Shown here: positions 20,211 through 29,028 of the stretch, one piece after another | Position numbering within the stretch: position 1 is the stretch's first letter | Layout: every line of letters begins with the position of its first letter | Origin: a virus | Lineage: Duplodnaviria > Caudoviricetes | IMG/VR virus record: IMGVR_UViG_3300031566_000031 | Location: 1-59,261 of that record | DNA: 59,261 bases | Direction: 5' to 3' (one strand) | Notes under the pieces: generated by a model | What the model saw: only the letters and a program-made list of their open reading frames with translations | Databases searched by the model: none | Told to the model about the DNA's origin: nothing | Made by a program: the position numbers and the translations under genes

Positions 20211-23200
20211 ATGACCACCACGCCTAAGATCATCGGACCAGACGGGGTAGCCCGCGAGGATTCGGAATTCTCCACGACTCTGCCGGAGCGGTTCTTCTAC
20301 GGGGTCATTGACGAGCAAACCGTGGACATGCAGATCAGCATCCGCGGCGGCTCCTTCGTGTCGAACCCGGACCTGATCGTGTTTGAGGGGACGAGCTTCA
20401 CGGTTCCCAACCCTTCCGTGTTCCCTGATGGCCTCGACCTCGCCGCAGGTACGAATGAGATCCTGGTCCGGTCCGTTGCGACGAGCGGCTCGGTATCCAG
20501 CCCTGCCCGCATCTCTGTGGTGCTGGTGCAGGAAGCCGATTTGGGAAGCATCGGGCAGCCTCCGTCGAACATTACGGTCGAGAGGCTGGACAATGCGGTT
20601 GTGATCACCGCCGAGGCACTCGATGACACGAACGTCACGGGCTACAACTTTCACGCGTCCCGCTTCACGGGCGGTGGGGCTACCGGATATCGTCGGGTGA
20701 ACCTCAACCCGATCAGCGATACCACGACCAAAGCGGAGACTGAGGTTTTGCAGGTGATCGAGGCGGACTCTAATGTCGCTACGAATCCTGATGGCACCCA
20801 CGCTGCCGACCCTCTGTACGTCCAACTGAAGCAGACACAGACGCGAGGCGGGGACGTGATCGAGCGTCTGGAGGACGTGACCCTCACCGACGACCTCGCC
20901 TCGGCTATCACGTACCAAGAGCAGGCCAGTCTGCTCCAGTCCGACTTCACCGACGTGACGGAGGTTCCTGAGACGGCATTCAAGCTCCGCACGACGATCA
21001 CGGTCGAGACCGTGCGCGAGCGGCAGTTCGTCAGCTTCGTCCACAACCGCTTGGCGGGCTCCACGAGCAACCCCGCGACCGTCCCGGTAGGGGAATTCAC
21101 AGCGACCCCTATCGCCGAAGATCTGTTCTACGTCGTCACGGCTGTCACCTTCGACCCCGAGCTTCGGATCGAGTTTGAATCCCCGTTCTCCATCGAGGTG
21201 GCCGGCAATCCTGTCACGGTTCGACAAACGCTCGGCAACTTCCCTGTCGTCACTCGCCAGGATCTCCAGCAGCAGACGATCACTTCCATCCTTCGGACGA
21301 ACCCCACGATTGCGCTCCAGCCCGGGGCCGTCATCCGTGACATTTTCGTGGACCCCTTCGCCGGAGAGGCCGAACGCGTCCGGTTCATCATAGATTTCTT
21401 CCACCGCACCCAGTCGTTCGACACCCTGCTTCGCATCGACGGCGTGGACGAAGACGGAAACCCGACGGCGGTTCAGAACAGCGCCTACAAGACTGCCCTC
21501 CAACGTGCGTTCAATCTACAGCGTGCAGGGGACGTGCAGGCGGTCATCGACCAAGCATTTGAGCAGCTTGCCGCGAAGCTCGGGCAAGCCCGCCTGCCTG
21601 GAATCCGTGCCGCAGGCGAGGTGACGTTCTTTACCTCGACCCGGCCCACGCAGACGATCCCGATCCCGTTGGGTACGCGTCTTTCAGCGGGCAGCACCCA
21701 ATACACGACGACCCAGGAATCCGGCATCCCCTTTGAGTCGGTCGCCTCCTTCTTCGACCCTGTATCGGGCTTGTTCTCCGTGGACGTTCCAGTTCGTGCT
21801 GAGATCGTGGGCACGACCGGCAACGTGGCACGGGGTCAGATCCGTTCGGTTGTTTCGGGTGTATCGGGCTTGCAGGTGATCAACGCCAGTGAGACGTTCG
21901 GCGGTGAAAACCTTGAGACGAATTTCGATCTCGCGGTCCGGTCCAAGAACGCGATTGCGTCCGTGGACTCGGGCACCGAGGCGGGATACCGCCGCACCTT
22001 GGCGGCCGTCCCCGGTGTGTTGGAGGTTGTGATCGTCACGCCCGGCGACGCGCTCATGCAGCGTGATTTCGACACCGACTACAACAAGCACGCCTTGGGC
22101 AAGGTGGACATTTACATCCGCGGCGAGAACCTCGCCACGGTGACGGACACCTTTGCGTTTTCGTTTGAAACGAGCAACGACGCTCAATTCAAGATCAAGG
22201 GCAACCCCGACAATCTTGTCTTTGAGTCCTTGGACACGAGGCTCACGCCCGACAACCCGATCGCGGAGATGCTCGACTTCCCCGAGATCGGGCTCGGGTT
22301 CCGTAACGCCACACGCGGTTCGGACTTCAATCTGACCGGTGTGACCATCCTTGACTACAAGACTATCCAGCTTGACGACTCGCTGAGCCAACCCGCTTCA
22401 GCGCTGGGCGATGTGCTGCTGGGCGATTTCCGGTTCCTGAGCACCAACGATTTCATCTTGCCTCGTCAGCCCGTGGGTTCGGTGCAGGGCGTTACGGGCC
22501 AGATTGCAGGCGGATTGTCCGACGATCAGTTTGCACTGTGGCGCACCGACAATCCCTTGCTCGATGGGCGCTCAACAGAAGCGCGGTCTTTCGTTCGTGT
22601 CAGTCCTGCGAGCGGGGTGCCCACCGGCAACTTGATCACGGTGCAGAACGAGTCGCACATCGTCATCGGCGAGTTTACCGAGACGATGAACAACCTCGGC
22701 GTGAACACCCTGACGATTGCGGTTTTTAATCAGGACCGCACCATCGAGTATCGTGGGCCGAACCACCCTTCGGGCGTCTCCGACTACACGATCATCTCAG
22801 GCTCGGCCACGGCCCCTGCTGCCATCGTTAGGATCCCTTCCGGCGCTATCCTGTCGGGGGAGCGTCTTCTCGTGGACTACCAGCACAACGAGAATTTCAC
22901 TGTGGAGTACACGGTGAATCTCGCAGTGAGTACGGCCCAGCGTGCGATCAATGGTCGCAAGGGCAAGCACATCACCGCCGACGTGCTTGCCAAACAAGCG
23001 GTCGGAGTACCTGTGGACATTTCCGCCACGATCATCCGCAAGCCGGGCTTCCCGGTGAACGCGGTGGACCGTGGCGTCCGCACTAACCTGACCCAGTTCT
23101 TCAACTCCTTGCCGATGGGAACCCCGGTTCGACAGTCGGACCTTGACGCTGTTATCGAACGCACGGACGGCGTGTCCTTTGTGGACCTGCCTTTCACGAA

Positions 23201-23753
23201 GCTCGTCCGCGCCCCAAGTTCTTGTGTGATCCGCGAGTCTCTCCGTTCCAGTCAGACGGGGGACACAACGTTGCTAGAAGGCACCCAGAACCAGCCCCTC
23301 GGAAGCGAGAGCGTCCTCGTGTGGCTGATCGAGGACCCCTTGAATAGCGCGACCAACCAGGGTGGTGGTCCTGTGACCGAATTCCGTGGCGTGACCAAGG
23401 ACGACCGAGACCTTGATCTCCAAACGGTCAACTTCCAAGCACTCGGCGAAGGTCCCGGCCGGGCTTTCATCATCGGCAACGCAGGGCTTTCGATTCCCGG
23501 CTTCTCCGACAATGACACGCTGGAGGAGTTGTACCCGACCGCGAACGCTTCGGAGCTTGAGGCCCAGCGCCAGAAGCTCACGTCCAACCGCGTCGCAGTC
23601 TCCTTGCCTGTGGGGGAATCCCCAACCGCGAGCGTCTTCACTGTGACGTACGTGGTGAGTGCGGTTAACTCCGGCACGAAAAACCTCGATGCCTTCGACA
23701 TTGAATTCTTCACCGTCGGCACCCTCGACTTCACCCATGCCGAGGACGGATAG
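20211..23753 (+). CDS. Baseplate J / gp6-like wedge protein with extensions, 1180 aa
   Basis: Baseplate-J hallmarks: AAGEVTFF...IPIPLGTRLS, VPVRAEIVGTTGNV, FGGENLETNFDL..R, SGTEAGY...AVPGVLEV, and C-terminal LPMGTPVRQSDL.AVIERTDGVSFV. Confidence 0.85.
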   Translation: MTTTPKIIGPDGVAREDSEFSTTLPERFFYGVIDEQTVDMQISIRGGSFVSNPDLIVFEGTSFTVPNPSVFPDGLDLAAGTNEILVRSVATSGSVSSPARISVVLVQEADLGSIGQPPSNITVERLDNAVVITAEALDDTNVTGYNFHASRFTGGGATGYRRVNLNPISDTTTKAETEVLQVIEADSNVATNPDGTHAADPLYVQLKQTQTRGGDVIERLEDVTLTDDLASAITYQEQASLLQSDFTDVTEVPETAFKLRTTITVETVRERQFVSFVHNRLAGSTSNPATVPVGEFTATPIAEDLFYVVTAVTFDPELRIEFESPFSIEVAGNPVTVRQTLGNFPVVTRQDLQQQTITSILRTNPTIALQPGAVIRDIFVDPFAGEAERVRFIIDFFHRTQSFDTLLRIDGVDEDGNPTAVQNSAYKTALQRAFNLQRAGDVQAVIDQAFEQLAAKLGQARLPGIRAAGEVTFFTSTRPTQTIPIPLGTRLSAGSTQYTTTQESGIPFESVASFFDPVSGLFSVDVPVRAEIVGTTGNVARGQIRSVVSGVSGLQVINASETFGGENLETNFDLAVRSKNAIASVDSGTEAGYRRTLAAVPGVLEVVIVTPGDALMQRDFDTDYNKHALGKVDIYIRGENLATVTDTFAFSFETSNDAQFKIKGNPDNLVFESLDTRLTPDNPIAEMLDFPEIGLGFRNATRGSDFNLTGVTILDYKTIQLDDSLSQPASALGDVLLGDFRFLSTNDFILPRQPVGSVQGVTGQIAGGLSDDQFALWRTDNPLLDGRSTEARSFVRVSPASGVPTGNLITVQNESHIVIGEFTETMNNLGVNTLTIAVFNQDRTIEYRGPNHPSGVSDYTIISGSATAPAAIVRIPSGAILSGERLLVDYQHNENFTVEYTVNLAVSTAQRAINGRKGKHITADVLAKQAVGVPVDISATIIRKPGFPVNAVDRGVRTNLTQFFNSLPMGTPVRQSDLDAVIERTDGVSFVDLPFTKLVRAPSSCVIRESLRSSQTGDTTLLEGTQNQPLGSESVLVWLIEDPLNSATNQGGGPVTEFRGVTKDDRDLDLQTVNFQALGEGPGRAFIIGNAGLSIPGFSDNDTLEELYPTANASELEAQRQKLTSNRVAVSLPVGESPTASVFTVTYVVSAVNSGTKNLDAFDIEFFTVGTLDFTHAEDG

Positions 23754-25141
23754 TGGCTGAAGACACCAAGGACCGCGAAAAGAGTCTGATCCCGTATGTG
23801 GTGGATCAGAACCCAGCGCCCGTAGCCCTTCGGGGGCAGCAGGCGGCGACCCAGGTACGTGCGCTGACCGAGGCCATCCTGGGAACGTTCTCGCGTGTCC
23901 TGCCTTCCAACTACGTCAGCCAGATCAGTGGCCCCTTCTACACGACTCAGTTTCAAGCCATCGCTGAGGTGCTGGCTCGCATCCAGATTGAGGCGTCCGA
24001 GGCAGCCCTCGATCCTGCGATCGATTTCACACGCCCCGAGTTCCTCTGGCAAATGTGCGGGTCGCTCGTCTTCCCCGATGTGGGTCCGAACGGTATCCCC
24101 ACGATCCCCGGCGACATTTCGTACCGTTGTTTCTTGAAGCGCATGATCGACCTGCTCCTCCGAGGTGCGAGGGCCGACGTGCAGAAGGAGGGCATCGAGC
24201 TACTGACCGATGCCGTCGTCACCGTGCTGGAGAAGGTTGCCTTCGCTCGTGACCCGAACACGGCCTGGGGCTTCGCGGAGCAGTTTGAGTTTGAGGTCAA
24301 CGTCGCCGACATTTCGATCTGGACCGACCCGGCAACGGGCGAGTTGATCGAGGGCGTCGTCGGCACAGGCTTCCCCGACGACCCCTTCCGTCTCCAGAAG
24401 AACGTCGCCATCGTCCTGCGTGCCCTCAAGCCGGCGCACACCCTCTACGACTACCGTCACCTGTTCAGCGAGGCATTCGCCGACCTGTTCGTAGACGAAA
24501 TGTCGTGGGACATGACGACGTACTTCTACGACGACTTTCGCAAGTTCTGTGACGGCGCGAAGAACATCGTAGGCCAGGGGGACACCCTGGAGGACCGGGG
24601 TCTGTTTACAGATCCGAACCTCGATTTCAGATCTGTTTGCCCAGGAGCGGTACTGGAGATCCTGAGTGGGCCGAACATCCCTCCCTCCCAGGGCGGGGTG
24701 GATGAATTCAACCTGGGCCGCTACCTCGTCCGCGAGGTGCTCCGAATGCCCATCGGCGCTGAGAGCACACCTCGTGCTTACACCACCTCCCCCACCGGGC
24801 TGGCTGGATCCGGCACGATTGGCGACAACGGGGAGGTCACAGACGGGGCCCAGGATTGGAGCAACGTGGTCGAGGGAGAGATCTTGACGATCTTGGGGGG
24901 CTCCAACGCCGGGGAGTATCGGATCGATACGCTTTTGGGCACAAACGGCGGAGAACCCGGGTTTGTAAGCCCTGGGGCCGGCATTGTGTCAATTCGGGTC
25001 GCCCCGAGCCTGTTGCGCTTGAACCGAGTCATGCCGCGCACCGCAGCCGATCAGGACTATCGGGTCGGGGTGGATCGCCTTGGCTGCCGGGAGCCTCAAA
25101 ACGTTTCCCTGGAGGACGCTAGCGCCCAATTCTACCTGTGA
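23753..25141 (+). CDS. Baseplate wedge protein (GpI/gp7-like), 462 aa
   Basis: Follows the J-like gene with a TAGTG overlap. Contains LPSNY..., YRCFLKRMIDLLLRG and the characteristic LRALKPAHT motif. Confidence 0.65.
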   Translation: MAEDTKDREKSLIPYVVDQNPAPVALRGQQAATQVRALTEAILGTFSRVLPSNYVSQISGPFYTTQFQAIAEVLARIQIEASEAALDPAIDFTRPEFLWQMCGSLVFPDVGPNGIPTIPGDISYRCFLKRMIDLLLRGARADVQKEGIELLTDAVVTVLEKVAFARDPNTAWGFAEQFEFEVNVADISIWTDPATGELIEGVVGTGFPDDPFRLQKNVAIVLRALKPAHTLYDYRHLFSEAFADLFVDEMSWDMTTYFYDDFRKFCDGAKNIVGQGDTLEDRGLFTDPNLDFRSVCPGAVLEILSGPNIPPSQGGVDEFNLGRYLVREVLRMPIGAESTPRAYTTSPTGLAGSGTIGDNGEVTDGAQDWSNVVEGEILTILGGSNAGEYRIDTLLGTNGGEPGFVSPGAGIVSIRVAPSLLRLNRVMPRTAADQDYRVGVDRLGCREPQNVSLEDASAQFYL

Positions 25142-25150
25142 CCCGCCTTC

Positions 25151-25181
25151 GGTTGCGCGCCTATAGGCGCGCCCAGGTAGG
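25151..25181 (+). promoter_or_regulatory. Putative phage late promoter motif, copy 2, inside a perfect 18-bp palindrome
   Basis: GGTTGCGC-GCCTATAG-N10-GTAGG. GCGCGCCTATAGGCGCGC at 25155-25172 is self-complementary. An SD-like GAGGAG precedes ATG 25201. Confidence 0.6.
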
Positions 25182-25200
25182 ACGCGCATGAGGAGCACAA

Positions 25201-28200
25201 ATGGCCGCTAGCATCGAAAGCCGACGAAACGGCATCGACCCCCTGGTTGGCGTGAGCCGCGAGGACTTGCGCGCTGGGGACGTTGTTACTCTCACCCACG
25301 TGGGGGCACCCGCGACCACCTACGGGTGGGCGCTCCTGTTTACCCCTGACCAACCTGACGGTACGCCCTCGACGGCGGTGTTGTCGGCGACTGTCGGGCC
25401 CGGTCCGATCACGTTCACCGTGGACAACGAGGGCGCGTACCTCGTCCAGTTGATCGTGGATTTTGGTCTTGGTACGGAATCCAAGCAGACAATTCGGATC
25501 CGTTACCAGACGGTATTCGGAGATCTGAAGCTCGTTGCAGGCGGTGAAAAGCGCGACACCACCGAAGCGATTCCTGTCGATGCCAGTGTTGAGGGTTGGG
25601 CCGACGACCAGAACATGAACCTCCAGACGTTGCTCGGTCTGGTGGAGCACGTCTCGTCCTCCGGTCGCATTCTCTACATCGACGCCAACCGCTCCAAGAA
25701 TTACACGAACCCCGCCGACGACCCGACCATTGCAGAGGGCTTCGCTGACGGTTCAACCTACGCCGAAGCTGCGGCCCTCGCCAACAACCCGGTCTGGAAC
25801 GAAGGCATCCCTCCGACCAAGAACACTCCCGTCATCGTGGCGGCGCGCCCCGGTCTCTACATCGAGAACCTGACCCTTGCGCCACACATTCACTTGGTCG
25901 CGTGGCCTTCAACTGGTGGCTTCCAGGCCGAGCCGGTTGAGACCACGGCGGACAACAGCGTCGTGTTCCGTGCCGCCAACGGCGGCGGCGTGCCGGCCCT
26001 GACCCACACCGCATCCACCCCGCTTGTCGCGGATAGCGTACATGTCCACGGGATCGTGTTTGAAAACGTCGGCACGACGACCAATGCTGCGATCCGAAAG
26101 ACGGGCCTCGGCGCGCTTCACCTGACGCAGTGCCGTGTCCTCCAGAGGGGCAACGGCGCAGGCCAGGGCGCAACCTTCTCCGCGGAGAACGGCTCGACCT
26201 ACATGAGCCGCACCCGGCTCATCCAGCAATCGACGTTTGACGATCTCCGTCTCTCTCTCGATGTTGCTCCTTCGGCTGCGAACGTGGCGAAGGTTCACCT
26301 CGACAACTGCTGGGTCGAAGGCACCTCAGTTCTGTCCGTGGACCCCAACCTCACGGGGGCAGGAACGGAGCTTTTCGCCAAGGGCACCACCTTCCGACAG
26401 GTCGGCATCGGCCCTCTCAGCTTCAACACCCGCACTTGGGCCAACCTTGCGCAGTTCGATGACTGCCGCTTCTCCAACGGGAACGGCGCGACCGAGGCCA
26501 TCGAAGCCAACGTAGGCCCGCTGGCACCCCCAGACGATCTCGTCGTTGAGGTCTGGAATTGCCTGCTTGGTCCGATCCCCGCTCCCCTTGGCATCTCGAT
26601 GGATGGCACCGGAGTTGTGGGTCCGATCAAGACGGTTCGGATCGGGCATTCCCGGTACGCAGAGCCCTTGATCTTGGCCGGCGCAGCCACCCAAGAAGCA
26701 CTCACCATCTCCAAGAGCCTGTTCTACGACAGCACGGTTTCCGGCATCGCTGCCGACAACGTGCAAGACGCCATCGATCAGGTATTCGATGCGGCGGACT
26801 CCATCGCCAACTTGGACGACGCCTACGACGGCTTCGATTTCTCGACAACGCCCGCGACTCGACTCGTTGGCGGCGGCCGGATCATCCTGGCGGATGCCGG
26901 TGCGGTTGAGGTGCATGGCGCGGGCATCAGCACTGACCCGCCCTTGATCGATGACCTCAGTGGCGACGGCTCCCTGCGCTTGAATCAGGCGTTGGAGGTT
27001 GGAGCGATCAATGCCCCCGAGGTGGTGATCAATTCCAATCTGTTCGGCAACGGGCCCTTCATGTCGATGGGCCAACTCGTTTGGTCGGACAGCCCCCTTG
27101 GAGCGTCGGCGTACATCGTCGGCAACGTGACGGGGGATACGGGCGGCACGGACGAGTACCGCAACTTCAATCTTCGCCTTCAAACGCAGAGTGGCTACGG
27201 GCACACGATGGCCGGGCCAATGCTCACCGAGATGGGCGCCCTCGTCCTTCAAGGCGGGTCTGCTTACGCCATCGGTGGGATCAACTCCCCGGCCGGCGGC
27301 TCCGTTTTCGTCATGGCCGGAAACGTGGACACGGCGGCCATCGCCCCCGCAGGAGACCCCGGCAACGTCTGGGTCATCCCTGGTGTCTCGGAGTCTGGTG
27401 GCACCCCAACGGTCGGCACGATGAAGCTGACCGATATGGACAGCGCGACCCCGGCGACTCTTGTCCCGCCTGCGAACTTCGGGGACAGTGGTGCCCCAGC
27501 GGGCACCATCACGTTCGCTACCGATACGGGTCCGGTCACAGTTACCTTCGTCGGCGGAGAGTTCTTCGCAGGGCCCGGAGGCATCCAAGAGTTGCTTCAA
27601 TTGGCGACGGGCATCGTTGCCACATGGCCTGGAGGCGCGACCCCGATCACTCTGACCTCGACGGGTCGTGGTCCGACTGCCGAGCTTTTGTACACAGCCG
27701 ACACAGGCGGCGTGAACGCTTTCCTTGGGGATTTCTCCCTTGGCGGCGGCGCTCTCTTTACGGCGGGCACCTTCCCGGCGTTCGTGGACCTCTGGTCGAA
27801 TGGCTCGTCCGAGCTTGTCGTAGGCCCTGTGGGTGGCGCGTTCAACATGGTCTACAGCCCTTCGACGGGCAAACTCACCGTGCCGGGTCTGATCGACCCG
27901 ACCGGCATGATCTTCACGAACTTCGACGTGGCTTCGATCCTCGCGGCTGCGGGAACCGATGGCGCCATTTTCGTGTCAGATGGTTCAGGCGCAGCCCCGA
28001 ACGTTGACCACCTGTATTTCCGTCGAGGATCGGATGGGGTCTTGTTTGACCTTCTTGCGGCCGGTGGTGGCGGTGCTCCGCTCGGTTCGCGGTACGTTCT
28101 GTCACCAGGAGCTTTCGATGGCTCCCTCACCGACGAGCGTGTCCTCGATGACGCGGAGATTGAATGGACTGACGGCGGAGGTGGTGGCCTTCTCACCGCG

Positions 28201-29022
28201 AACCTTGCGGTTCAAGGTGGTGTCACTCCCGGCGCGTACACAAACAGCGATATCACGGTCAACTCCAAGGGCCTTATCACTGCGGTCGCCAACGGCACTA
28301 CCGGCGGTGCTCCTTTGGCCGCCGAGTACGTCACGATCTCCAACGATGGAACCCTCACTTCAGAGCGCGTTTTGTCTGGTGACGGTGGCGTGTCCCCACC
28401 TGACCCCGGTGGCAACACGAATATCTTCTTCGCCGACCTCGGCGCAGGCAATCCCGTTCGCGCCGATCTGGTAGACACAGCAGTCACGGCAGGTCCCTAC
28501 GGCGGCACAGGCTCCGCCACTTCGTTCACTGTGGACGACAAGGGCCGCCTTACGGCTGCCGCGACTGTGGCCGGGCCCTTCCCGGCGGTCGATGTGATCT
28601 CCGAACAGATGACGATTCCGATCGGTGTCGGCCCGGTAACGATCAACGAATTCCACGCTCTCGCGGTCCCAACAACCTTTACGCCTGTCGCCGTCCCTGG
28701 CGGCGGTGGGCCCGCAGCGGCCTACGTCTACATCGACGTGGCGATGGGGATGGCCCCCGGCACCGCGATGTTGGAAATCTTCGCAGGGCCCCCGACCCCG
28801 GGTACACCTGCTGCCGGCACCTTGCCGGGCGCACATCCCTCGTTTGTCTCACTTGCACCGCCAACGGACGTGGGAGTCTTGACTTCGGCCACCCAGCTTG
28901 CGATTCCGATCGCTCTCGCTGCCATTCCGGCGGGTAGTCTGCTTGTGTTCAACATCGTCTACTCGGCGGTGGTCCCAGCGGGGGACGGCCTTGTCGTTTC
29001 TGTAACTGGTGTGACGGCCTGA
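25201..29022 (+). CDS. Mosaic tail fibre/spike-like protein, 1273 aa
   Basis: N-terminal PKD/Ig-like segment (TYGWALLFTP...FTVDNEGAYLVQLIV), a putative parallel beta-helix region after ARPGLYIENLTL, the motif SGIAADNVQDAIDQV, and two fibre-shaft motifs (VTPGAYTNSDITVNSKGLITA; VTAGPY...FTVDDKGRLTAA). Good SD. Confidence 0.7.
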   Translation: MAASIESRRNGIDPLVGVSREDLRAGDVVTLTHVGAPATTYGWALLFTPDQPDGTPSTAVLSATVGPGPITFTVDNEGAYLVQLIVDFGLGTESKQTIRIRYQTVFGDLKLVAGGEKRDTTEAIPVDASVEGWADDQNMNLQTLLGLVEHVSSSGRILYIDANRSKNYTNPADDPTIAEGFADGSTYAEAAALANNPVWNEGIPPTKNTPVIVAARPGLYIENLTLAPHIHLVAWPSTGGFQAEPVETTADNSVVFRAANGGGVPALTHTASTPLVADSVHVHGIVFENVGTTTNAAIRKTGLGALHLTQCRVLQRGNGAGQGATFSAENGSTYMSRTRLIQQSTFDDLRLSLDVAPSAANVAKVHLDNCWVEGTSVLSVDPNLTGAGTELFAKGTTFRQVGIGPLSFNTRTWANLAQFDDCRFSNGNGATEAIEANVGPLAPPDDLVVEVWNCLLGPIPAPLGISMDGTGVVGPIKTVRIGHSRYAEPLILAGAATQEALTISKSLFYDSTVSGIAADNVQDAIDQVFDAADSIANLDDAYDGFDFSTTPATRLVGGGRIILADAGAVEVHGAGISTDPPLIDDLSGDGSLRLNQALEVGAINAPEVVINSNLFGNGPFMSMGQLVWSDSPLGASAYIVGNVTGDTGGTDEYRNFNLRLQTQSGYGHTMAGPMLTEMGALVLQGGSAYAIGGINSPAGGSVFVMAGNVDTAAIAPAGDPGNVWVIPGVSESGGTPTVGTMKLTDMDSATPATLVPPANFGDSGAPAGTITFATDTGPVTVTFVGGEFFAGPGGIQELLQLATGIVATWPGGATPITLTSTGRGPTAELLYTADTGGVNAFLGDFSLGGGALFTAGTFPAFVDLWSNGSSELVVGPVGGAFNMVYSPSTGKLTVPGLIDPTGMIFTNFDVASILAAAGTDGAIFVSDGSGAAPNVDHLYFRRGSDGVLFDLLAAGGGGAPLGSRYVLSPGAFDGSLTDERVLDDAEIEWTDGGGGGLLTANLAVQGGVTPGAYTNSDITVNSKGLITAVANGTTGGAPLAAEYVTISNDGTLTSERVLSGDGGVSPPDPGGNTNIFFADLGAGNPVRADLVDTAVTAGPYGGTGSATSFTVDDKGRLTAAATVAGPFPAVDVISEQMTIPIGVGPVTINEFHALAVPTTFTPVAVPGGGGPAAAYVYIDVAMGMAPGTAMLEIFAGPPTPGTPAAGTLPGAHPSFVSLAPPTDVGVLTSATQLAIPIALAAIPAGSLLVFNIVYSAVVPAGDGLVVSVTGVTA

Positions 29023-29028
29023 TGATCC

